A stretch of 64,000 nucleotides of DNA from an uncultured Chloroflexia bacterium (GTDB lineage: Bacteria; Chloroflexota; Limnocylindria; Limnocylindrales; CSP1-4). Location: positions 346,375 to 410,374 of the forward strand of contig CAVQNC010000010.1 in NCBI GenBank assembly GCA_963713795.1, in the 5' to 3' direction. Position numbers and translations under genes: made by a program. The notes below the pieces were generated by a model. That model searched no databases, had not been told where the DNA came from, and worked only from the letters and a program-made list of their open reading frames with translations. Below are positions 30,736 to 42,811 of this stretch, in pieces (within the stretch, counting starts at the first letter, position 1; the number at the start of each line of letters is the position of its first letter).

Positions 30736-32091
30736 ATGGTCGAACGCACCCGTTTCACGCTGGGCGAAGAGCAGATTCCGAAAGCCTGGTACAACATCTC
30801 GGCCGACCTGCCGGTTCCGCAGGCGCCGCCCCTCCACCCGGGAACTCACCAGCCCCTGGGCCCGGCGGATCTCGCGCCGCTCTTCCCGATGGCCCTGATC
30901 CTGCAGGAGGTCTCAACCGAACGGGAGATCGAGATCCCGGATCCCGTGCGGGACCTGTACAAGCAGTACCGGCCGAGCCCCCTCGTCCGCGCTCTCCGGC
31001 TCGAGAAGGCTCTCGACACTCCGGCGCACATCTACTACAAGAACGAGAGCGTCAGTCCCGCCGGCAGCCACAAGCCCAACACGGCCATACCGCAGGCCTT
31101 CTACAACAAGGAAGAGGGCATCAAGCAAATCGCGACCGAGACCGGCGCGGGTCAGTGGGGCAGCGCGCTGGCCTATGCCGGCGCCATGTTCGGACTCGAG
31201 GTCAAGGTCTACATGGTCCGGGCCAGCTACGACCAGAAGCCGTACCGGCGCCTGATGATGGAGACCTACGGGGCCAGCGTCGTCGCCAGCCCGAGCATGG
31301 AGACGGAGGCCGGCAGGGCCATCCTGGCCGAGCATCCGAACAGCTCCGGTTCACTGGGCATCGCCATCAGCGAGGCGGTCGAGGACACGGTCAAGCGCGA
31401 CGACACGCACTACTCGCTGGGCTCGGTTCTCAACCACGTCATGCTCCACCAGACCGTCATCGGCCTGGAGTCGATCAAGCAGATGGAGATGGCGGGCGAG
31501 GAACCCGACATCATCATCGGCTGCGCCGGGGGCGGCTCCAACTTCTCCGGCCTCGCCTTCCCGTGGTTGGGGATGACTTTCCGGGGTGGTCGCAAGTACC
31601 GGATCATCGCCGTCGAGCCGGAGGCCGCGCCGAGCATGACCCGCGGGCGGTACGCCTACGACTACGGCGACACGGCCAAGATGGCCCCTATGGTCAAGAT
31701 GTACACGCTGGGCCACGACTTCATTCCCGAACCAATCCATGCCGGCGGCCTGCGCTATCACGGTATGTCGCCTCAGGTCAGCCTTCTCAAGCACGAAGGC
31801 TTCATCGAGGCCCGCAGCGTCCACCAGCGGCCCTGTTTCGAGGCGGGCCTGCAGTTCGCCAGGACGGAAGGACTCATTCCCGCGCCGGAGTCGACGCACG
31901 CCATCCGCGCCGCGATCGACGAGGCCCTCGAGGCCAGGAAGACCGGTGAGAAGAAGGTCATCCTCTTCAATCTTTCCGGCCACGGCTACTTCGATCTCAG
32001 CTCTTACCAGCGTTATCTCGCCGGCGAGCTTGAGGACTACGAGTATCCGGCCGAGGAAGTCAAGCACGCCCTGGAGGCTGTCGAGGCCTGA
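30736..32091 (+). CDS. trpB: TrpB2-type tryptophan synthase beta-like PLP enzyme
   Basis: N-terminus [21 protein letters not shown] typical of TrpB2; PLP-fold motifs; ggagga RBS 6 nt upstream of the ATG at 30736 (the track start at 30673 is an upstream extension). Confidence 0.8.
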   Translation: MVERTRFTLGEEQIPKAWYNISADLPVPQAPPLHPGTHQPLGPADLAPLFPMALILQEVSTEREIEIPDPVRDLYKQYRPSPLVRALRLEKALDTPAHIYYKNESVSPAGSHKPNTAIPQAFYNKEEGIKQIATETGAGQWGSALAYAGAMFGLEVKVYMVRASYDQKPYRRLMMETYGASVVASPSMETEAGRAILAEHPNSSGSLGIAISEAVEDTVKRDDTHYSLGSVLNHVMLHQTVIGLESIKQMEMAGEEPDIIIGCAGGGSNFSGLAFPWLGMTFRGGRKYRIIAVEPEAAPSMTRGRYAYDYGDTAKMAPMVKMYTLGHDFIPEPIHAGGLRYHGMSPQVSLLKHEGFIEARSVHQRPCFEAGLQFARTEGLIPAPESTHAIRAAIDEALEARKTGEKKVILFNLSGHGYFDLSSYQRYLAGELEDYEYPAEEVKHALEAVEA

Positions 32092-32517
32092 CCTGGAACC
32101 GGCAGAAGGAGAAGAGCCGCGCCGATGGCGCGGCTCTTCTCGTCGACGGGCGCGGGGCGGGATCGCGGCGGCAGACCGCCCGAGAGATGCAGGCGATCGG
32201 GGGAAGGGGCCGCCGGGAGCGGCTCGGAGCGGGTCGCCCCGGGGGGAGCGAAGCGACCCGCCGATACGACCACTTGCCCGAGTGGTCGGCGTATCGCCGT
32301 TGCCGGCGAACGTTAGGGATCTTCGCGGTGGAGGGGCGGATCGGTCATCGCCAATCCGGCGTATTTGACGTGGCCTGTTTGGTGCCCCCGCGTCTGCGCA
32401 CTCCCGCCCGCTCCGTTCGCGAGGGATGTCGCAGGATCGGCCGGTGCCGCCTGGCATGCGTGAATTGTGGTCGGACGCTCTGGACGTCCGCTCCGGCCGC
32501 CGTTCCGGGGTCGATCG

Positions 32518-33213
32518 TCAGAAGAGGCTGTCGTCGGACTTAGGCGGCTCAACGAGGCGATGACGCAGCGCGAACGCGACGGCCTCGAGCTTCGAATGGA
32601 CCCTCAACTTGCCCATGATGTTCTGGACATGGGTCCGGAGCGTGTTCGGGGCGATGTAGAGGCGCTCGCAGATCTCCGGCGTCGCCAGACCCTCGGTGAG
32701 GGCCTTGAGCACTTCCAGCTCGCGCGGCGTGAGCGGCTCTATCTGGCGGCGTTCGGTGCCTCGTTCTCTGGCCGCGGCCACACGCTGCGCGATTCCAACG
32801 ATGACCGAGCGCGGCAGAAGCGTCTCTCCGGCGTAGGCGGCGCGAACCGCGCTGACGACCTCGTCGATGGCCCGGTCCTTGGTCAGATAGCCGTCCGCGC
32901 CGGCCTGGATCGACTCGAGGACGGTCTCGTCGTCCGTGAGGGCCGTGAGCATCACGACGCGGGCCGCGGGCCAGCGGGCCTTTATGGCCCGAGTTGCCTC
33001 CGCGCCCGTGCCGTCGGGCAGCCGGTAATCCATGAGGACCACATCCAGGCGCTCACGCGCCATGGCCTTTGCCTCGGCCACGCTGCCGGCGACGCCGACG
33101 ACGAGGATGTCCGCCTCTCGACCAAGCATCTGCGACAGAGCCCCCGTCAGGAGCTGATGGTCGTCGACGAGCAGGACTCGGATGGGCCGCGCCTCACCGT
33201 ACAATTCGGTCAT
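32518..33213 (-). CDS. NarL/FixJ-family (LuxR-type HTH) response regulator
   Basis: REC domain IRVLLVDDHQLL...VVLMDYRLPDGTG...VVMLTA; C-terminal LuxR HTH LTPRELEVLKALTEGLATPEICERLYIAPNTLRTHV. The track ORF's upstream 280 codons are antisense to tyrA. Confidence 0.85.
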   Translation of the reverse strand: MTELYGEARPIRVLLVDDHQLLTGALSQMLGREADILVVGVAGSVAEAKAMARERLDVVLMDYRLPDGTGAEATRAIKARWPAARVVMLTALTDDETVLESIQAGADGYLTKDRAIDEVVSAVRAAYAGETLLPRSVIVGIAQRVAAARERGTERRQIEPLTPRELEVLKALTEGLATPEICERLYIAPNTLRTHVQNIMGKLRVHSKLEAVAFALRHRLVEPPKSDDSLF

Positions 33214-33501
33214 CTTCGTGGTTGCCCTCTTGACGGCAGAAAAGGCAGGTGCATGGTCAGAGCCCTTCATCCACCCGCCGTAGCGCATTCTAGCCAGACT
33301 TGCGACATGCGCACTAATCCGTTCGTGAACGGCGCGCGGTCGTGACCCCTTGCCCGATCGGGGCCCAGCCGATGTCCGTTGGCGGGAAGGGCAGTCGGCG
33401 CGGGTTTCTCGCCGCGGCCCGGCTCTTCGCTGCCGCGCCGGCACGTCGGTGCGGCAGCACCAGGCGCAACCGGCCGTATTGGGCGCGGCCATAATACGTC
33501 C

Positions 33502-34389
33502 GTGCGAGTCTCCATCGTCGGTTTCGGCCTGATCGGCGGGTCCATCGCCCTTGCCCTGCATGAGCGGGGCGGGGCCGGGCAGTGGCACCTGACCGCGTGG
33601 AGTCGCAATCCGACTCCCATCCGCAAGGCAGTGGCGGACGGCGTCGTGGATGTGGCAGCGGGCACGCTTGAGGAGGCGGTCGGTGGCGCCGACCTCGTCA
33701 TTCTCGCGGCACCGCCCCTGACCTGCCTGAGCCTGGTCGATGAGCTCGGCGGGCCGTTGCGCAAAGCCTTGAACGACGACTGTACCGTCACGGACGTGGC
33801 CAGCGCCAAAGCCCGCATCGTCGCCCGTGCGGACGACCTCGAGCTGCCGTTCATCGGTGGCCATCCCATGGCCGGCCGTGAGGTGAGCGGATACGGTGCC
33901 GCGCTGCCGGATCTCTTCGTGGGGCGGCCGTGGGTGACCGTCCTCGGCCGGTATGCCAGGTTGTGCGACGGTGAGCGAATCGGAGAGCTGATCGACGTCT
34001 GTGGTGCGATCCAGATTCCGATGCCGGCCGGCGCCCATGACGACGCCGTCGCGGCGATCAGCCACATGCCGCTCGTGGTTTCCGCCGCCCTTGTCGAGGC
34101 TGTGGCCGGCGGCCCGGGCGAGACCGAGCAGCCGGACTGGCGGGCCGCCGAGGCACTGGCGGCAACCGGCTGGGCGGGCATGGTTCGTCTGGCCAGGGGA
34201 GAGCCGAGCATGGGCGCCGGCATCGCCGCCACCAACTCGGCTGCCATCGCGCGGCGTTTGCGAGACATTCGGGCCGTGCTCGACTCCTGGCTGGAGCAGC
34301 TCGAGCGCGACGGCGGCCCCGACGTGGATACCCTTCTGGCCCGTTTCGCCTCGGCCCGGGAGCGGCTCCGGGAGCCCGATCGAAGGTGA
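33502..34389 (+). CDS. tyrA: Prephenate/arogenate dehydrogenase
   Basis: VSIVGFGLIGGSIALAL NAD-binding motif; likely GTG start at 33502 (the track start at 33379 adds an Ala/Gly-rich non-homologous leader). Confidence 0.75.
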   Translation: MRVSIVGFGLIGGSIALALHERGGAGQWHLTAWSRNPTPIRKAVADGVVDVAAGTLEEAVGGADLVILAAPPLTCLSLVDELGGPLRKALNDDCTVTDVASAKARIVARADDLELPFIGGHPMAGREVSGYGAALPDLFVGRPWVTVLGRYARLCDGERIGELIDVCGAIQIPMPAGAHDDAVAAISHMPLVVSAALVEAVAGGPGETEQPDWRAAEALAATGWAGMVRLARGEPSMGAGIAATNSAAIARRLRDIRAVLDSWLEQLERDGGPDVDTLLARFASARERLREPDRR

Positions 34390-35021
34390 CCGACGGCGGG
34401 GGAGAGTTCGTCTACGCTGTTCCGCGGGACCTCCTGTTCTCCGGCGTCGACCCGTGGCTCGGCGTCAAGCGCGAAGGCGTCGAAGCGGTGCTGGCGCGGG
34501 CCGGCGGGTCCGGCGGCTTCGTGTCCAGGGCGGCGGCCGAGACCGACACTTCGCTGAAGCAGATAATCCCGTACCTGGTCCTGCTCGACGGCGAGCGCAT
34601 CTTCCTGATGAAGCGGACCCGCGCCGGCGGAGATGCCCGGCTCCACGACCGTTACTCGATCGGCGTGGGCGGGCACCTGAACCCGGGCGACGGCGGAATC
34701 CTGGGCGGTCTGGCGCGTGAGTGGCAGGAGGAGATCGAAGCCGACTTCACGCCCGAATTCAAGTTCCTGGGCCTGCTGAACGACGACACGGTCGATGTCG
34801 GCCGCCACCACCTCGGGATCGTCTATCTGGCGGAGGCCACCGGCCGCGCGGTCGGCGTCCGGGAGACCGACAAGCTGACCGGATCGTTCGAGGGGATCGA
34901 CGCCCTTCGCGCGGTGTACGACCGAATGGAAACCTGGAGCCAGCTCGTCCTGGATGCCATCACCGGCCCGGCGTTCCACGGGCCGGAGTTTCGCGCCGCG
35001 GATCGCGCCGATTTCGGATGA
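34386..35021 (+). CDS. NUDIX-like hydrolase, hypothetical
   Basis: Degenerate Nudix-box-like GGHLNPGDGGILGGLAREWQEEIEA; stop overlaps the next start (ATGA). Confidence 0.4.
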   Translation: MTDGGGEFVYAVPRDLLFSGVDPWLGVKREGVEAVLARAGGSGGFVSRAAAETDTSLKQIIPYLVLLDGERIFLMKRTRAGGDARLHDRYSIGVGGHLNPGDGGILGGLAREWQEEIEADFTPEFKFLGLLNDDTVDVGRHHLGIVYLAEATGRAVGVRETDKLTGSFEGIDALRAVYDRMETWSQLVLDAITGPAFHGPEFRAADRADFG

Positions 35022-35656
35022 ACCGATCGTCAGAGTCCCGAGTCAATCCCATGAGCGACCCACTCGGGCCGTCCACAGAGAGCGGCATGTTCGCGAAAGA
35101 AGCGTATCTGACCAGCGAGCCGGTTCGGGCGAGCGTCAAGCCCGCGGTCGCTCGAGACCAGGCCTTCGACACGGCCTTTGTCGCGGCGCTCGAGGGCGAG
35201 CTCGCGATGGCCTACCGTTTCGCGGGCTACCTCCTCGCGGACTCGGCGGAGGCCCAGGACGCCGTGCAGGAGGCGTCGGTCCGAGCGTGGCGCGGATGGA
35301 AGGACCTTCGCGAGCGCGATCGCTTCCATGCCTGGTTCAGCCAGATCCTCGTCAACGTGTGCCGGACGCGGCTTCGGCAGCGCAGCAGGAGGCGGGCCCT
35401 GGACGTGGACGACGTCGATCTGGAGAGCGCCGACCCGTTTCGGGCCGCCCTGGCGCGTGACACGGTCGGCCGGGCGCTCTCCTCGCTGAGCCAGGAGCTG
35501 CGCATGGTCGTCGTGCTGCGCTACTGGGGGGAATTGTCGCTGGCCGAGATAGCGGACCGCCTTCGGATCCCGGTCGGGACTGTCAAGTCGAGGCACCACG
35601 CCGCCCTGCAGGCGTTGCGCCGGCGGATCCAGCCGCGGGAAGGGGGCAGTCGATGA
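35018..35656 (+). CDS. ECF-type sigma-70 family RNA polymerase sigma factor
   Basis: Region 2 AQDAVQEASVRAWRGW...FHAWFSQILVNVCRTRLR; region 4 LSQELRMVVVLRYWGELSLAEIADRLRIPVGTVKSRHHAAL; the track ORF's upstream 99 codons are non-homologous. Confidence 0.8.
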   Translation: MNRSSESRVNPMSDPLGPSTESGMFAKEAYLTSEPVRASVKPAVARDQAFDTAFVAALEGELAMAYRFAGYLLADSAEAQDAVQEASVRAWRGWKDLRERDRFHAWFSQILVNVCRTRLRQRSRRRALDVDDVDLESADPFRAALARDTVGRALSSLSQELRMVVVLRYWGELSLAEIADRLRIPVGTVKSRHHAALQALRRRIQPREGGSR

Positions 35657-37257
35657 ACGACTTCGACCGCGACGACGGGCTCGACCTGGAGATGGACCGG
35701 CGACTGGCCGCGCTGGCGCGGAGCGGGCGCGAGCCTGCGCTGCCGGACGCGCTAGCCGCTCTGCCGTGGAGCGTGCAGCTCGAAGCGCCGGCGAGGAGCT
35801 GGGCAGGCTTCAGGCGGGCGATGGGCGGCGGCTTCGGCGGCTTCCGCCGGGCCGGGCTGGCCTTCGCCAGGCTCGCGGTCACGATCGCCCTGGCCGGGTC
35901 TTTCCTGCTCCTGGTCGGGAACGTCCGTTCGGCCGGTAGCGCGGCGGACTTCGTCCAGGCCGAGTCGACGCCGGGCCCTTCAGGCGCCGTGGCGGCGCCG
36001 GGAGCTCCGGAGGTGGTGATCGTCCCGACCAGCGGCGTCGTCGACGACGTGATGGCGGATTACGTCTCGGGTGCCATCAGCCGGGCCGTGTCGGACCGAG
36101 CGGCGGCCGTGATCGTGCAGCTCGACACGCTGGGCGGCAGCGAAGAGGCGATGCAGCGAATCGTCGAGTCTCTCAACGCCAGGATCCCGACGATCGTGTG
36201 GGTCGGTCCGGCCGGGGCCAAAGCCGCCAGCGCCGGCACGTTCATCACCCTGGCCGCCAACCTCGCCTACATGGCTCCCCAGACGAACATAGGCGCGGCC
36301 TCACCGGTGGCCGCCAATGGGGCCGACATCGCCGCTGCCTACGGCCAGACCGAAGCGGACAAGGTCATGAACGACGCCATCGCGTACATGACTGGCATCG
36401 CCAAGGATCGCCACCCGCAGGCCGTTGCCTGGGCTGTGACGACCGTCCAGTCGGCCCAGTCCTATTCGGCTCAGCAGGCCCTGGCCGCCCAGGGCGTCAA
36501 CGGCATCGCCTCGAGCATCGCGGACGTGCTGAGCCAGGCCAACGGTCAGACCGTTACGACGTCGGCCGGCCAGGTGGTGATCCACACCAAGGGCGCAACC
36601 ACGGTCACGATCAACCAGGACGTGGTCCAGACGTTGCTGCAGACCCTGGACGACCCGAACATCGCCTTCGTCCTGCTCGTGATCGGCGTCCTCCTGATAG
36701 CGATCGAGTTCTTCCATCCGACCCTGTTCATGGGCCTGGTGGGCGCGCTGTGCCTGGCCCTTTCGTTCTACGGCTCCGGCAGCCTGCCCTTGAACGTCCT
36801 CGGCGTCGTCCTGGTCGTGCTCGGGATCGGCATGATCGTGCTGGAGCCCAACATACCCAGCCACGGTCTGCTGACCATCGGCGGCGTGGCCGTCTTCGTC
36901 GTCGGAGCAGTCGCCTTCTATGGATCGCCGGGCCCGTACCTGCCAACCTCGGCGGTGGCCCCGCCGATCATCGCCGTGATGGCCGGAGCCGCCGCCGCTT
37001 ATGGCTTGCTTCTCGTCGGCACGTTGATGCGGATGCGGCGGCAACCCTCGCCGGTCGGCGCCGGCCTGGTCGGCGTCGAGCGGATCGTCGGGCAGGTCGG
37101 GCAGGTTCAGGCGGATCTTTCCCCGGTAGGCACCGTCTACGTAGGACGCGAATCGTGGTCGGCCAGGATGAAGGACGGCAGGTCCGCCGCGCGCGGGACC
37201 AGGGTCCGCGTGGTCGGCCAGGATGGCCTGACACTGATCGTAGAGGAGACCGGCTAG
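35653..37257 (+). CDS. NfeD-family membrane-bound ClpP-class serine protease with a C-terminal OB-fold, preceded by an N-terminal cytoplasmic extension of about 80 aa and a TM
   Basis: Protease core VVIVPTSGVVDDVMADYV...TIVWVGPAGAKAASAGTFITLAANLAYMAP; multiple TMs; C-terminal OB GTVYVGRESWSARMKDG...RVRVVGQDGLTLIVEE; start overlaps the sigma gene stop. Confidence 0.8.
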   Translation: MNDFDRDDGLDLEMDRRLAALARSGREPALPDALAALPWSVQLEAPARSWAGFRRAMGGGFGGFRRAGLAFARLAVTIALAGSFLLLVGNVRSAGSAADFVQAESTPGPSGAVAAPGAPEVVIVPTSGVVDDVMADYVSGAISRAVSDRAAAVIVQLDTLGGSEEAMQRIVESLNARIPTIVWVGPAGAKAASAGTFITLAANLAYMAPQTNIGAASPVAANGADIAAAYGQTEADKVMNDAIAYMTGIAKDRHPQAVAWAVTTVQSAQSYSAQQALAAQGVNGIASSIADVLSQANGQTVTTSAGQVVIHTKGATTVTINQDVVQTLLQTLDDPNIAFVLLVIGVLLIAIEFFHPTLFMGLVGALCLALSFYGSGSLPLNVLGVVLVVLGIGMIVLEPNIPSHGLLTIGGVAVFVVGAVAFYGSPGPYLPTSAVAPPIIAVMAGAAAAYGLLLVGTLMRMRRQPSPVGAGLVGVERIVGQVGQVQADLSPVGTVYVGRESWSARMKDGRSAARGTRVRVVGQDGLTLIVEETG

Positions 37258-37332
37258 CCGTGCGGCTGGCCCACGTCTGGAGCAACCAAGGCAGGTCGGC
37301 CGCCGTCGGCGGCCAATGACAGGAGGTTCGGC

Positions 37333-38232
37333 ATGGACTCGGGCAGCGTGGCGCTGGTAGCCCTGATCGTGGTCGTGGGGCTGCTGATAGTCCTGGCCGC
37401 GGTATCGGTCAGGATCGTGCCTCAGTGGGCCAAGATGGTGGTCTACCGCTGGGGCCAGGCCGGACCGAACCTCGTCCGCAACCCGGGTCTGCGATTCCTG
37501 GTCCCCATCGCGGACCGCGGCATCATCGTCGATCTGCGAGAGCAGTTCATCGAAGTTCCACGCCAGACGGCCATCACCAAGGACAACGCCCCGCTCGGCG
37601 TCGACTTCCTGATCTACTGGAAGATCGTCGATCCGCTCATGAGCCAGATCAACGTGGCCAACTTCGCCGGCGCCCTGCAGGGTGTCGCGGCGACGTCGCT
37701 CCGCTCAGTCATCGGCGACATCCCGCTCGATGCCGTCCTGTCCGAGCGGGAGAAGATCAACGAGACGCTGCGGCTCAAGCTGGACGAAGTCACCGAACGC
37801 TGGGGCGGCAAGGTCACCACCGTCGAGATCCGCGAGATCCTGCCGCCGCCGGCGGTCCAGGAGGCGATGAACCGCCAGCTCTCGGCCGAGCGAACCCGGC
37901 GCGCTGTGATCACGGAGTCAGAAGGCACGAGGCAGGCGACGATCAACGTGGCCGAGGGCGACAAGCAGTCGGCGATCCTTCGGGCCGAAGGCGATCGACA
38001 GGCGGCCATCCTGCGGGCCCAGGGTTTCAGCAACGCCCTCAAGACCATCTTCGAGGCGGCCCAGGGCATAGACCAGAAGACGATGGCACTGCAGTACCTC
38101 GACGCGCTCAAGGCGCTGGGCAGCGGACCTGCCACCAAGTTCGTCATCCCACTCGAGTTCACCCAGCTGATCGGACCCATCGGCGCGATGGTCAAGACCG
38201 GTATGAGCAGCGGCTCCGGCGACAAGCCGTAG
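37333..38232 (+). CDS. SPFH/band-7 (stomatin/flotillin-like) membrane protein
   Basis: VRIVPQWAKMVVYRWGQ...GLRFLVPIADRGIIVDLREQFIEVPRQTAITKDNAPLGVDFLIYWKIVDP; Ala/Glu-rich coiled-coil tail. Confidence 0.9.
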   Translation: MDSGSVALVALIVVVGLLIVLAAVSVRIVPQWAKMVVYRWGQAGPNLVRNPGLRFLVPIADRGIIVDLREQFIEVPRQTAITKDNAPLGVDFLIYWKIVDPLMSQINVANFAGALQGVAATSLRSVIGDIPLDAVLSEREKINETLRLKLDEVTERWGGKVTTVEIREILPPPAVQEAMNRQLSAERTRRAVITESEGTRQATINVAEGDKQSAILRAEGDRQAAILRAQGFSNALKTIFEAAQGIDQKTMALQYLDALKALGSGPATKFVIPLEFTQLIGPIGAMVKTGMSSGSGDKP

Positions 38233-38506
38233 GATCCGGAGCCACGGGGCGCACGGGGCCGCGGGCGCGCGGCGCCCGTGGCGCTCGGGTTGCGCAGGGA
38301 ACGTACGGGCCGCCCATCGGGTTGGGCGGATGACCGGCCGCCCGCGGTTGGTTGCACAACAGGGCTGCGCCAGTCGGTCGGCGACGCCTCCGGCGCCCCG
38401 GCTGCCTATAATCTGGCGGTTCGTCCCGAGTGTGTGCACAAACGGGGGCGCTCGTGCGCCACCTGCACGTCTTGAGCGGTGGGATCCGCACAAACAGGGT
38501 GTAGTG

Positions 38507-39727
<1,221 letters not shown>

Positions 39728-39821
39728 GCCTCGGCGGCCGGGAGCACGAGTGGCGCCGCGCGGGGCGGCTGGGTGACGGCTCGATAAGCGGCAGGTGAGC
39801 CGCGACGTATAGCGTCGGCGC

Positions 39822-40930
39822 GTGCTAGCGACCCTTCTCTCGGCCACGTTGAACGGCCTGGACGGCTGCCTCATCAGGGTCGAGGTCGACGTGGCTCCCG
39901 GCCTGCCCGGCTTCACGATCGTCGGGCTCGCCGACACCGCCCTGCAGGAAGCCAGGGAACGCGTACGAGGCGCCATCCGGAACAGCGGCTACGAGTACCC
40001 GCCCCGCCGGATCACGGTCAATCTGGCCCCGGCCGAGCTTCGCAAGAGCGGGGCTTCGCTGGATCTCGCCATAGCCCTCGGGATCCTCGTGGGGTCCGAG
40101 CAGGTAGCCGCGATCGGCCGTTGGGCCGTCCTGGGCGAGCTCTCGCTGGGCGGCGAACTGCGCACGGTTCCCGGGCTGCTGCCGATGGTCGCGGCTCTCG
40201 CTCACCGGCGCGTGGGCCGCGTCGTCGTACCGCTCGATGGCCTTGCCGAGGCGAACCTCGCCGGCCGGATCGATGTCGCCGGTGCCGCCTCGCTGGCCGA
40301 AGCCGCGGCCCTGCTGCGCGAACGCCGCGGCCGGGCGCGCAACCTGCCGCCGCGGGTGGAACTCGCTGCCGGCGGCCCCGCTGAAGCCGGATCCTCGGGG
40401 GGCTACCAGGCGGGCGTCATCACTTGCGATCCCGGCCCGGACCTGGCCGAGGTCCGCGGCCAGATGGAGGCCAGGCGGGCCATGGAAGTCGCCCTCTCGG
40501 GAGGGCATTGCATGGTGATGATCGGCCCACCTGGTTCCGGCAAGACGCTCCTGGCCAGAACGGTCCCCGGCATGCTGCCTCCCCTCGACGACGAGGAAGC
40601 GCGACTCGCGACGATCATCGCGTCCGTCTCCGGCTCCGGGTCGCTGACGAAGCTGATCCGGACGCGGCCCTTCAGGTCGCCCCACCACACCATCTCGTAC
40701 GCGGCGATGGTCGGCGGGGGACCTCACCTCTCGCCGGGTGAAGTGACCCGCGCGCACAACGGCGTGCTATTCCTCGATGAGCTGCCCGAGTTCGATCGAA
40801 ACACGCTGGAGGCTCTGCGCCAGCCGCTCGAGGATGGCCAGGTTGCGATCTCCAGGGTCGGGCACTCGGCGGTCTTTCCTTCGCGGTTCCAGTTGATCGC
40901 GGCGATGAACCCGTGCCCGTGCAAGTGGGA
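39822..40930 (+). pseudogene. comM: comM/yifB-type Mg-chelatase-like AAA ATPase, 3'-truncated at the junction with an integrated element
   Basis: YifB N-terminal domain ([20 protein letters not shown]...), Walker [24 protein letters not shown], then AAMNPCPC, after which homology stops and the ORF runs into antisense recombinase sequence. Confidence 0.8.
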
Positions 40931-42483
40931 ACTACACCCGGGAAGCGGTAGGTCACCACGGCCCTGGCGGTCTTCCTGCCGTCTTCGCCGACCGCCGTGT
41001 GGACGATGATCCCGGAGAGGAGCCGGACGATCTCCTGACGCTCCTCGTCGGGTAGTCCCGCGTCCAGTCGCGCCCGGACTTCGGAAAGGAGGTCATGGAC
41101 CTCTTGGGGCACGATCTCGGCGCTGGGAGCCTGTAGCGCGCTCAGGCGGGCTTGCAGGGCGGTGCGCTCCCCACCGATGCGCTCGAGTTGCGACTCGAGT
41201 TCAGGATCGGTCAGGTGGCCCCGAATGCGCAGGTCGATGGCCGTTCGGCGCTCTGACTCCAAGGTCTCCAGGCGACGAGTCAGAGTCACCGCCTCGGCCT
41301 CGGCGATCGCGCCCTGCGCCTCCCGCTCGGCCTGGCCGTCGAGTTGGTCGATCACATCGCCAGGGTTGCGCAGCCAGGCCTCGATGTCGTCCCAGACGGC
41401 CGGCTCGATCCTGTCGGTCCGTACCGACACGCCGAGGCACTTGCCTGGGATCGGTCCACGCTCCACGAGCTGACCGCCGCAGCGATACCAGCCCACGTCC
41501 TTGCTCCAGGAGCCGACGTAGGTCAGGCCGCAGATGCCGCACTTCATCGCACCCTTGAGCAGGTAGTGGCGATCGGTGTTCTTGGCGCAGCGGCGGTTGC
41601 GGGCGAGGGCAGCCTGGGCCTCGTCCCATAGGGCAGGGGAGACCAGGCCTTCGATCGGGGCGACTATGACCTCGCGGTCACGCTTCTTGGTCCGCCGACC
41701 GTACGAGAGCTGGCCTTTGTAGATGGAGCCTCTGACCATGTTGCCGACTAGGCCGGCTCGCCAGATGCTCTGGGTCTTTCGGGCCCTCACGCCGGTCCCT
41801 TCGCGGGCGCACGCGGTCGGAACCCCGAGGTGGTTGAGTTCGGTTGCTGCGCGACGGCAACTCCAGCCCTCTAGAGCAATCCAGCCGTAGATGCGCCGAA
41901 CGACCTCGGCAGCAGACCAGTCGCCCCATATCGGCGTCTCGTCAGGCACGGGGCGGGCGGACCGCTTGATGCCCTCGATCCTGTAGCCGAGAGCTATCAC
42001 CCCGCCCGTGTAGCGGCCCTCCCTGGCCGCCGTGTCCATCCCGTCGGCGCTGCGTTCGTGGAACACTCGGTGCTCGTTCTGGGCGAGGGTGGCGAAGAGA
42101 TCGAACATGAACGGTGTGAGGCGGCCTTCTCGGAGGGTGACGACCGAGACGTTGAGCCCTTCGAGGCGGCGGCCCGTGGCGGCCGTGTCGGCGAGGTTGC
42201 GGCCGAGCCGGTCGAGCTTGTAGAGCCACAGCTCGTCAATCTGTCCCGCCTCGGCTGCGGCCAGGAGCGCTCTCCCGCCGGGTCGATCGGCAAGTGGCTT
42301 GGTACCGGATACGCCATCGTCGCTGAACCTGGCGACGACCTCGACGTCGGGCTCCCGTTCGAGCCAGCGGTCGAGCTGATCGGTTTGGGTCTTGATCGTC
42401 TCGCGCTCGCGTTGGTCGTCGGAGGAGACGCGCTCGTAGGTCGCGACCCGCCGGACTGCCGGAACCCTCGCCGCGAGCTTCAT
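40672..42483 (-). CDS. Large serine recombinase (resolvase catalytic domain, recombinase domain, zinc-ribbon, coiled coil)
   Basis: [14 protein letters not shown]...[13 protein letters not shown] (catalytic Ser region); zinc ribbon [10 protein letters not shown]...YRCGG; coiled coil. The recognisable C-terminus ends near AVVTYRF, and the last 90 codons or so are antisense to comM. Confidence 0.85.
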   Translation of the reverse strand: MKLAARVPAVRRVATYERVSSDDQRERETIKTQTDQLDRWLEREPDVEVVARFSDDGVSGTKPLADRPGGRALLAAAEAGQIDELWLYKLDRLGRNLADTAATGRRLEGLNVSVVTLREGRLTPFMFDLFATLAQNEHRVFHERSADGMDTAAREGRYTGGVIALGYRIEGIKRSARPVPDETPIWGDWSAAEVVRRIYGWIALEGWSCRRAATELNHLGVPTACAREGTGVRARKTQSIWRAGLVGNMVRGSIYKGQLSYGRRTKKRDREVIVAPIEGLVSPALWDEAQAALARNRRCAKNTDRHYLLKGAMKCGICGLTYVGSWSKDVGWYRCGGQLVERGPIPGKCLGVSVRTDRIEPAVWDDIEAWLRNPGDVIDQLDGQAEREAQGAIAEAEAVTLTRRLETLESERRTAIDLRIRGHLTDPELESQLERIGGERTALQARLSALQAPSAEIVPQEVHDLLSEVRARLDAGLPDEERQEIVRLLSGIIVHTAVGEDGRKTARAVVTYRFPGVVPTCTGTGSSPRSTGTAKERPPSARPWRSQPGHPRAAGAEPPACFDRTRAAHRGIARRCARGSLHPARGEVPRRPSPRTRWCGGAT

Positions 42484-42811
42484 CGGGCACCTCCCTGACC
42501 GCGGTCGGGAAGCTGCCGTGGGAGGCCCAGCACCACCCGGAGGGCAGCCACCATCGTGTCGCGGTCCGGGTCGTATACACGCTCCAAATCGAGGGGTCGT
42601 GCAAGTCGACGACCAAGCCGGGTGGTCAGGCCGTTGGCTCGGGCGGGGCCCAATGGGCGCCGACGGCGGCCAACGGCTCCTTGTCCCTTGGTCGTCGCTC
42701 GCCGCTTAAGAAGCCCCGACACCGCCACAAGCCTCCGCAGACCAGTCGCGCCCGACGGCGCTAACGTGGAAAGCGTCTCAGCAGGTGTAAGGGCTTAGAT
42801 ATGGTGTACGT

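Noticed and set aside
33214-34065. N-terminal 280 codons of the track's 515-aa LuxR-regulator ORF
   Set aside because: This part is antisense to tyrA and non-homologous. The regulator proper starts at MTELYGEARPIRVLLVDDH (33213).
34721-35017. Upstream 99 codons of the track's sigma-factor ORF, and the 30673 start of trpB2
   Set aside because: These upstream extensions lack homology and overlap the preceding gene. The internal ATG with an RBS or stop-start coupling gives family-typical N-termini.
38240-38283. GC-rich imperfect hairpin after the SPFH gene as a terminator
   Set aside because: The stem is imperfect, there is no U-tract, and the next gene is co-directional 270 nt away. The evidence is too weak to call.
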